64,000 nucleotides of DNA from positions 796,432 to 860,431 of the forward strand of contig BCKQ01000001.1 of NCBI GenBank assembly GCA_001600695.1, written 5' to 3'. Positions 57,362 to 64,000 of this stretch are shown piece after piece. A model generated the notes under the pieces. That model was not told the DNA's origin. It did no database searches and saw only the letters and a program-made list of their open reading frames with translations. The stretch's first letter is position 1. Each line of letters begins with the position of its first letter. The DNA comes from Ascoidea asiatica JCM 7603 (lineage: Eukaryota; Fungi; Ascomycota). The position numbers and the translations under genes were made by a program.

Positions 57362-59533
57362 TTAAATTGGAAATTTTTTAACATCTAACAGAGATAAACA
57401 ATCAATTAAATTATTATATAATTGTGGATTTTGAATAATTACATTTAATAAATCTTTTTCCATAGATTTAATTAAAATTTTACCTTTTTCATTTTTTATT
57501 AATGAATTTAATAATAAAGAAGCAGATATTGAAATTTCAGATAATTTTGATTGATTTTGATTAATATTTTTAAAATCTGGAAATATATTATTAATTAAAT
57601 TAATTTTTGATTGTTGAACATTCAGTTTTTCTAAATTTTGATTTGTTATTCTAAATTTTTTTGGAGGATTATTAACTTCTTTATTTGCAATTTTAAAATT
57701 TACAGGAAATTGTCTTGGTTCAATACCTTTAATAATAAATTTTTTAATATTATTATTTTGATTTATAACCATTGCAGAAGAATTTGGAAAAGCATTTGCA
57801 ACATTTTTAATAAAATCAACAGCTTGTAATAATTTTTTTGAATTAATTTTTTCAAAAATTGGTAAAAATTCTTTTTCATATGATTTCCATAAAGAAATTT
57901 GAGTAACTTCACCAATTGGATTTGAAATAAAACAACATTTTAACCATTGTGTTGCTCTTAAAGGTTCATTTAATTTATTAATTTGTAATTTTAAATCATT
58001 TGATAAATTTTGAGCAAATTCAGGTACAGATTCATTAACTCTTGGAATTAAAGTTAATGGAATTTTAAATAAATTTAATGAATTTAATGAATTAAATAAA
58101 TTATTTTTTTTATTAAAATTATTTGTAATTGAATTAAATAATAATAAATTTGGTAAAATTTTTAATAAATTTATAAATCTATAATTTGAATTTAATAAAA
58201 AAGAAATTTTTAAATTACCACCAGAAATTATAAATTGATATAAAAAATCTAAAGTTGATAAAATTAAAATTGGATCTTTATTAATATAAAGATAATTAAT
58301 AATTTGATTTAAGAAATTATTATTAATAGAATCTAAATAATTTGAATTTAATGAATTTGGTTTAATTTTTATAATTAATCTTGAAATTGATCTTAAAATA
58401 ATGATAATAAAACCTCTATCATAATTAAATTTAAAATTATTTAAAAATTTAAAAAAATTTATTAAATTATTAAATAAATTTAAAACTAAAATATTTGAAT
58501 TATTTAATTTTAAAAATGAAGAAATTGATTCAATAATATCTAAATTATAAGATAAAGATTCAAGAATTAAATCAAAATAATTATTTGTAGGTAAAAAATT
58601 TTTAAGTAAGAAATTATTTGAAAGATTTAAGAAATTATTTAAATATGATAATATTGAATTATTATAAGATAAATATTGAGCAAAATTTATATCTTGAGAT
58701 AAATTTCTTAAGATTAAAGCTGAATTTAAAGAATTTAATAAATTAATTTTAAATTCTTTATCTTCTTCATCTTCATTATCATCTTCATTATCAGAATAAT
58801 AATTGGATTGTAAAGTAAAAGGTATATTTTTTTTTAATAAATTATTTAAATCAAATTTATTTAAAGTTATTAAAGGATTATTAATAAATAATTTAATTAA
58901 ATTATTTAAAATAAAAGTATTTTTTAAAAGATTTAAATTTTTTAATTGATTAAATTCATTATTATTTTTATTTATTAAATTCTTATTAATATTTTTATTT
59001 TTATTATTATTATTATTTTCATTATTTATTAAAGATTTTGAAGATAAATTAATTAAATAATTTAAAGCCCAATTAATTTCAGATTGTAAATTTGAATAAA
59101 AAGTAAAATTTAATCTATTTAAATTATTTATTGAAGATTTATTTAAACCATGAATTCTATTATAATTAAATGGAATTTTATTTATTATTGAATTATTTGA
59201 ATTAGATAATATTAAATAATTATTATTATTTGAAATTGATTGAAATATTTTTTTATTATTAATATTAATAGATTGAAAATTATTAGTAGAATTATTTGAT
59301 TGTTGAATGGATTGAGATTTTAATGAATTTTGAATTATTGGAGATGGAATTATTTCAATATTTGAATCATTATCATTATTTGGATTTAATATTGAATCAT
59401 TTTTTAATTTCAGATTGTTATTGTAGTTATAGTGATTATTGTTATTGTTATTGTTATGAATATTATTATTATTATTGTGAATGTTATTATTTGAATTTAA
59501 AGTCATTGATAATCTTGAAGGAGTTAAATTTGG

Positions 59534-59566
<33 letters not shown>

Positions 59567-59818
59567 GTTATGAAAAGATAATTTTGAAATTTTATTTAAA
59601 TTATTTGAAGATATTGAGATTGAATTTGAATGAGATCTTGGAGAATTTTTATTTGGTCTTCTACCTGGAGTTGTATCTGGAAGAAATGGAACATGAGGTT
59701 TTGGAGCATGACGAAGTCTTCTACCAGACAGAATATCAGCAGAAGTAGCAGAAGTAGCAGAAGTTGAAGAGGAAGAAGAAATTGAGGGACCTGGAGGAGG
59801 TGTCTGGTTTGTTGGCAT
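57362..59818 (-). CDS. RSC9: RSC chromatin-remodelling subunit Rsc9 (RFX-type winged helix)
   Basis: First ATG at 59818 (MPTNQ). SEINWAL, ALILRNLS, ILSTLDFLYQF, EPLRATQWLKCCF, TQISLWKSY, AVDFIKNV..AFPNS and FIIKGIEPR. Confidence 0.9.
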
Positions 59819-60123
59819 TGAAGATTTGATTAAAAGAAGTGAAGAGAATGAGAATGAGAATGAGAATGAGAAATAAGAAATGAAAAGTTGAAAGTTGAAA
59901 TACCCAAAGAGTGAAAAGAGTGAAAACCAGTGAATTGTGGAATAAAATAATTGAATTTGCAATAATATCGATAATAACAATAACAATAATAACAATAAAG
60001 CATAATAATGTCAATATCAATAATAAATAACCAAAGTCAGTGATTATCACAATCTGCTGAAGTGCAGTGATGTTATTTTGATAGCAGCCGGTCACATGGG
60101 CACAAAAGGTCAGGTGAAAGAAC

Positions 60124-60307
60124 GGAGCCAGGTACAGGGTACTTCTTTTATGAGACCATAGTTGTGGGTGTTCTAAAACGAGACCAGAACATTGGTACTC
60201 CTAAAGCGAGACCAATTAAATGGTACTCTTCATTTGAAACCATTTTACTGGTACTCTTTGAAAGAGACCAACTATTTGGCATTTCTTGTTTGAATCCATC
60301 TTTCTGG
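60124..60307. repeat. 28-bp-period array of seven GAGACCA-N6-TGGTACTC-N7 dyad units
   Basis: Unit starts at 60124, 60152, 60180, 60208, 60236, 60264 and 60292. CCA at +4..+6 in all seven units; TGG at +13..+15 in six (GGG in unit 1). Confidence 0.9.
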
Positions 60308-60685
60308 GTCTGGCTACTTTTGCATGTGTTTCTTTCCTTTTGCTGCTGATTGAAGGAAACTTTTCTTTCCGAAGATTGCGCTGCACGCCCCAGCACTGAT
60401 TCCCACAAGGCCCTAATTGTTTTATCTAACGCCATTCAATTGAAAAAACACATTCAAATAGAATCAAATAATCAAATATAATCAAATATACTCAAATATT
60501 ATTATATTCAATTATAAACAATTACATTTAATATATTATAATAAAATATAGTCACTTATATTATATAAAGTTATATTAATTCATTGTTTCATAACTGTTC
60601 ATTATCTCCTGTCTTTTGTCTATTTACTTACTCTTAATCTTATTATTTGTTGGGTTAATACATTCAACTCATCTATTCTAACCTA

Positions 60686-60724
60686 ATCATAATCATAATC
60701 ATAATCATAATCATAATCATAATC
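60686..60724. repeat. (ATCATA)n hexanucleotide microsatellite
   Basis: About 6 perfect units upstream of the FAA2-like gene, followed by a (TA)n run. Confidence 0.85.
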
Positions 60725-60941
60725 AATAATAAATAATTAATATTCTATATATTCATACATATATATATATATATATTCTTATTACTATCTCTTTCTATCT
60801 CTTTCTATCTATCTATATATCTATCTATTTGTCTTTCTTTGTTTCCTTTTTCAAATCAATTTCAATAATATTCAATCAAATTCAATCATATTCAATCAAA
60901 TTCAATCATATTCGATAATAATAATAATATAAAACTTCAAA

Positions 60942-62988
60942 ATGTCTTCTCAATTAGTTGATCCAGAAACTTTACTTTATCCAACTGCATATCCTTCAAT
61001 AATTAATGAATCTTTATCACTTAAAGATTCTTTACATAAATTTCCATTAAAACAATCTGATATAAATAATGCTATAATTATAAATAATAATTTTAATCAA
61101 AAAAATTATTCTCCAATTTTTAGAAATAAAGCTTCAAAAGATAATTTATTTACAACTTTACATCCAAATTTAAAAACTGTTTATGATATTTTTCAAAATA
61201 CTGTAAATTTATATCCAAATAATGATTTTTTAGGTAAAAGATTATATAATAATTCAAAATTAAATGATTTTGATGATTTTTTTACTTTTGAAAATTTTAA
61301 ATCTTCTCAATTAAAAAGAGATTATTTAGGTTCTGGAATTTTAAAATTATTTGAAAATAATAAAAAATATTTTAATAATTTAACTTTAAAAAATAAACCA
61401 AATTTTATTTTTGCAATTTTTGCAAGTAATTGTTATGAATGGATTTTAACTGATATTATGTGTCATGCATATTCAATTCCAAATACAACTTTATATGATA
61501 CTTTAGGTCCAAATTCAACTAAATTTATTTTATCTTTAACTAATTCTCCAATAATTTTATTAAATAAAGATAAAATTAAAAAAATTTGTTCTCTTATTCA
61601 AGAAAATAAAAATTCCACAAAAGAAAATGATGATGAAAATGAAAATGAAAAAATTAATTTACTTTATATGATTTCAATTGAAGAATTAAATGAAAATAAT
61701 AATGATGATAAATTATTATTTAATTTAACAAATTCTTTAAATATAAAATTATTTACTTTTAATCAAATTATTCAATTAGGTAAATTAAATCCATTTAAAA
61801 ATATACCACCAAAACAAACTGATTTAGTTACAATATCTTTTACTTCTGGTACAACTGGTAAACCAAAAGGTGTTGAATTATCTCATGCAAATTTCATGGC
61901 AGCTTTAACATTTTTATATTGTCATGTTTATTTACCAAAAAATCCACATTCTTTATGTTTTTTACCTTTAGCTCATGTACTTGAAAGATATAAAGTAATT
62001 TATGAAATTTGTGCAGGTGCTGCAATTGTTTTCCCACATTTACCAGGTAATATAAAAACTTATATTGATGATATAAAATTAATGAATAATTCAACACATT
62101 TATGTGCTGTACCAAGATTATATAATAGAATTGAAAGTGGTTTAAAATTAAATTTAAATTCAATTCATGGTTTTAAAGGATTTTTAATTAATTCAATAAT
62201 TAATTTAAAACAAAATTTAATTTTTAAATTTAAAATTAATGAAAATAATTTTTTAATAAAATTAATAAATAATTTAATTTTAAATAAAATTAAATCTAAA
62301 ATTGGTTTTAAAGATTTAAATTTTTTAATTTGTGGTTCTGCTCCATTACAATCATCTTCAATAAAATATCTTAGAACTGTATTATCATGTGGATTTTTTA
62401 TTGGATATGGTGCAACTGAAACTTTTGCAGGTATTGCAATAAGTGATTCATTAGATAAAAATCCAAATAATTGTGGACCAATTGGTGTAACAAGTGATTT
62501 AAAATTAAAAGATCATATTGAATTAAATTATTCATGGGATTTAAATAAAAGTGGAGAAATTTTACTTTCTGGTCCACAAATTTCAAATAAATATTTTAAA
62601 AATTTAAAATTAACTGAAGAAAGTTTTGAAATTGATGAATTTGATAAAAATAAAAAATGGTTTAAAACTGGTGATATTGCAAAAATTGATATAAATAATG
62701 GTAATAAATTAATTATTATTGATAGAGTTAAAAATTTTTTTAAATTAAGTCAAGGTGAATATATTGCTGTTGAAAAAATTGAAAATTTTTATTCAACTTA
62801 TGCAGGTAATATTATTGATCATATTTTTATTTATGGAGATTCTTATCAATCATATTTAATTTCAATTATTGGTTTAACTTCAATTCATCAATTAATGAAA
62901 TTAATTAAAGATAAAAAAGATTATTTTGATAAAACTTCATCATCATCATCATCATCATCAACTTCAGATAATGAAAATGAAAATGATA

Positions 62989-63031
<43 letters not shown>

Positions 63032-63455
63032 TCAAAGAGATTCATTAATTCAAAGAGCAAAAGATATTACAAATTTAAAAAATAAAATAAATCCAGATGA
63101 AGAAATTCAAAAAATTTTATTACAAGATATTTTAAAAGAATTTTATGAAGAAGAAAATTTAAATTCAGAAAATTATAATAAGATTTTAGAAAAATTATTA
63201 AATGAAAAAATTATTAATAAAGATAAATCTCTTAGAAGATTTTTATTAATTGAAATTAATAAATTAGTTTTACCAAGTGAATTATTTGGATTTGAAAAAA
63301 TTAAAAATTGTGTATTTAAAATTGAACCAATGACAATTGAAAATGATTGTTTAACACCAACATTAAAAGTTAAAAGACCAATTTGTAAAAAAATGTTTAA
63401 AAAAGATATTGAAGAATTATATAAAGAAGGTCTTCTTGAATTAAGAAAATATTAA
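60942..63455 (+). CDS. FAA2: Long/medium-chain fatty acyl-CoA synthetase, Faa2-like
   Basis: YSPIFRN, LYDTLG, ISFTSGTTGKPKGV, FLPLAHVLER, GYGATE, WFKTGDIA, IDRVKNFFKLSQGEYIAVEKIEN and LTPTLKVKR. Family is certain; exact paralog is less so. Confidence 0.85.
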
Positions 63456-63502
63456 TAAGAAAATATTAATAACAATAATTAATAAATACAATATAAAAGC
63501 AA

Positions 63503-63552
63503 TAACCGATGTATAACCGATGTGTAACCGATGTATATCCGATGTGTAACCG
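63503..63552. repeat. 11-bp tandem repeat TAACCGATGT(A/G), about 4.5 copies
   Basis: TAACCGATGTA TAACCGATGTG TAACCGATGTA TATCCGATGTG TAACCG. Confidence 0.9.
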
Positions 63553-63602
63553 CATTATGCAACTGGATGTCTCTTGGCATTTCTTGGCGCATCTCGATGC
63601 TG

Positions 63603-63617
63603 TTACCCGTTTTTTTC
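63603..63617 (+). promoter_or_regulatory. Reb1 site plus poly(dT) tract (nucleosome-free-region signature)
   Basis: TTACCCG followed directly by T8, about 180 bp upstream of the ATG at 63788. Confidence 0.55.
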
Positions 63618-63787
63618 AAACTTAAAGCCAAACTTTAATTTTGGTTTGTAACCCCTAAAAAAAGTTGAAGAAAAAAATTGAATTTAATAAAAGTAAGTAA
63701 ATAAATAAGTAAATAAGTAACTGGTCTTTTATAAAGTTATTGGATATTTACAGTATATATGATAATAAGTAATTAGGAGTATTTGAA

Positions 63788-64000
63788 ATGGAGGACAGTT
63801 TTCTTATTGAATATGTTTCTTCTAGTTTATTTGTTGTGATTATATTTGTAATAAGAGCATTTTATTTACAATTCTCAATTTCAAATGTGAATTCAATAGA
63901 GGATAAGAATATTAAAGAAAATGAATTTAAAGAGAAGATTAAGAATGAAAAAATACGATATGAAATGTTAAAAGATAAATTAAAAGAATTGGAAGTTTCA
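63788..64000 (+). CDS. 5' part of a hypothetical protein (N-terminal TM segment plus coiled coil), truncated by the window edge
   Basis: My translation, MEDSFLIEYVSSSLFVVIIFVIRAFYLQFSISNVNSIEDKNIKENEFKEKIKNEKIRYEMLKDKLKELEVS, is open for 71 codons to the end of the window. It is not in the ORF track. Confidence 0.55.
   Translation, partial: MEDSFLIEYVSSSLFVVIIFVIRAFYLQFSISNVNSIEDKNIKENEFKEKIKNEKIRYEMLKDKLKELEVS

Noticed and set aside
59819-59995. TTG/GTG-initiated N-terminal extensions given by the track for RSC9 (also POC4, the PH protein, SPT6, COG4)
   Set aside because: Eukaryotic context; the extensions are microsatellite or UTR-like sequence, so the first in-frame ATG was used.
60124-60307. 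Calling the array a CRISPR or a synthetic BsaI (GAGACC) cloning cassette
   Set aside because: Variable segments are only 6-7 nt, there are no cas genes, the context is eukaryotic, and units decay gradually at both ends as natural sequence does.
60148-60435. Short ORFs (95 aa minus strand, 61 aa plus strand) over the 28-bp array
   Set aside because: A 28-bp period is not a multiple of 3, so it is not a coding repeat. There is no recognisable protein, and the frames stay open because of higher local GC.

Overview
64 kb of very AT-rich, gene-dense, apparently intron-free budding-yeast (Saccharomycotina) chromosome; the poly-Asn-rich proteins and composition suggest an Ascoidea-like non-WGD yeast (inference only). 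It carries 21 complete CDSs: PFK27-like, HSP60, DFR1, POC4, PPS1, SEC31, PHM7, SPE3, PMT4, ERG10, an Rgc1/Ask10/Slm-type PH protein, SKP1, ETP1, a low-complexity orphan, an ATO3-like transporter, SPT6, TED1, COG4, RAD10, RSC9 and a FAA2-like acyl-CoA synthetase. One further ORF runs off the right edge. Several textbook yeast promoter motifs are visible (HSE+RRPE at HSP60, PAC+RRPE at SPE3, SRE at ERG10, Reb1, Mig1, MCB, CACGTG). I saw no tRNA, rRNA, transposon or CRISPR. The most unusual feature is a strictly 28-bp-periodic seven-unit array (60124-60307) in the RSC9/FAA2 divergent promoter. Each unit has a conserved GAGACCA-N6-TGGTACTC dyad with a different 6-nt core and a variable 7-nt linker. 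Also notable: hints of non-standard CUG decoding, a ~115-aa insertion in the Spt6 YqgF domain, and an 11/22-bp CCG-containing array after FAA2. Homolog comparisons are from memory of the S. cerevisiae proteins; no searches were run.
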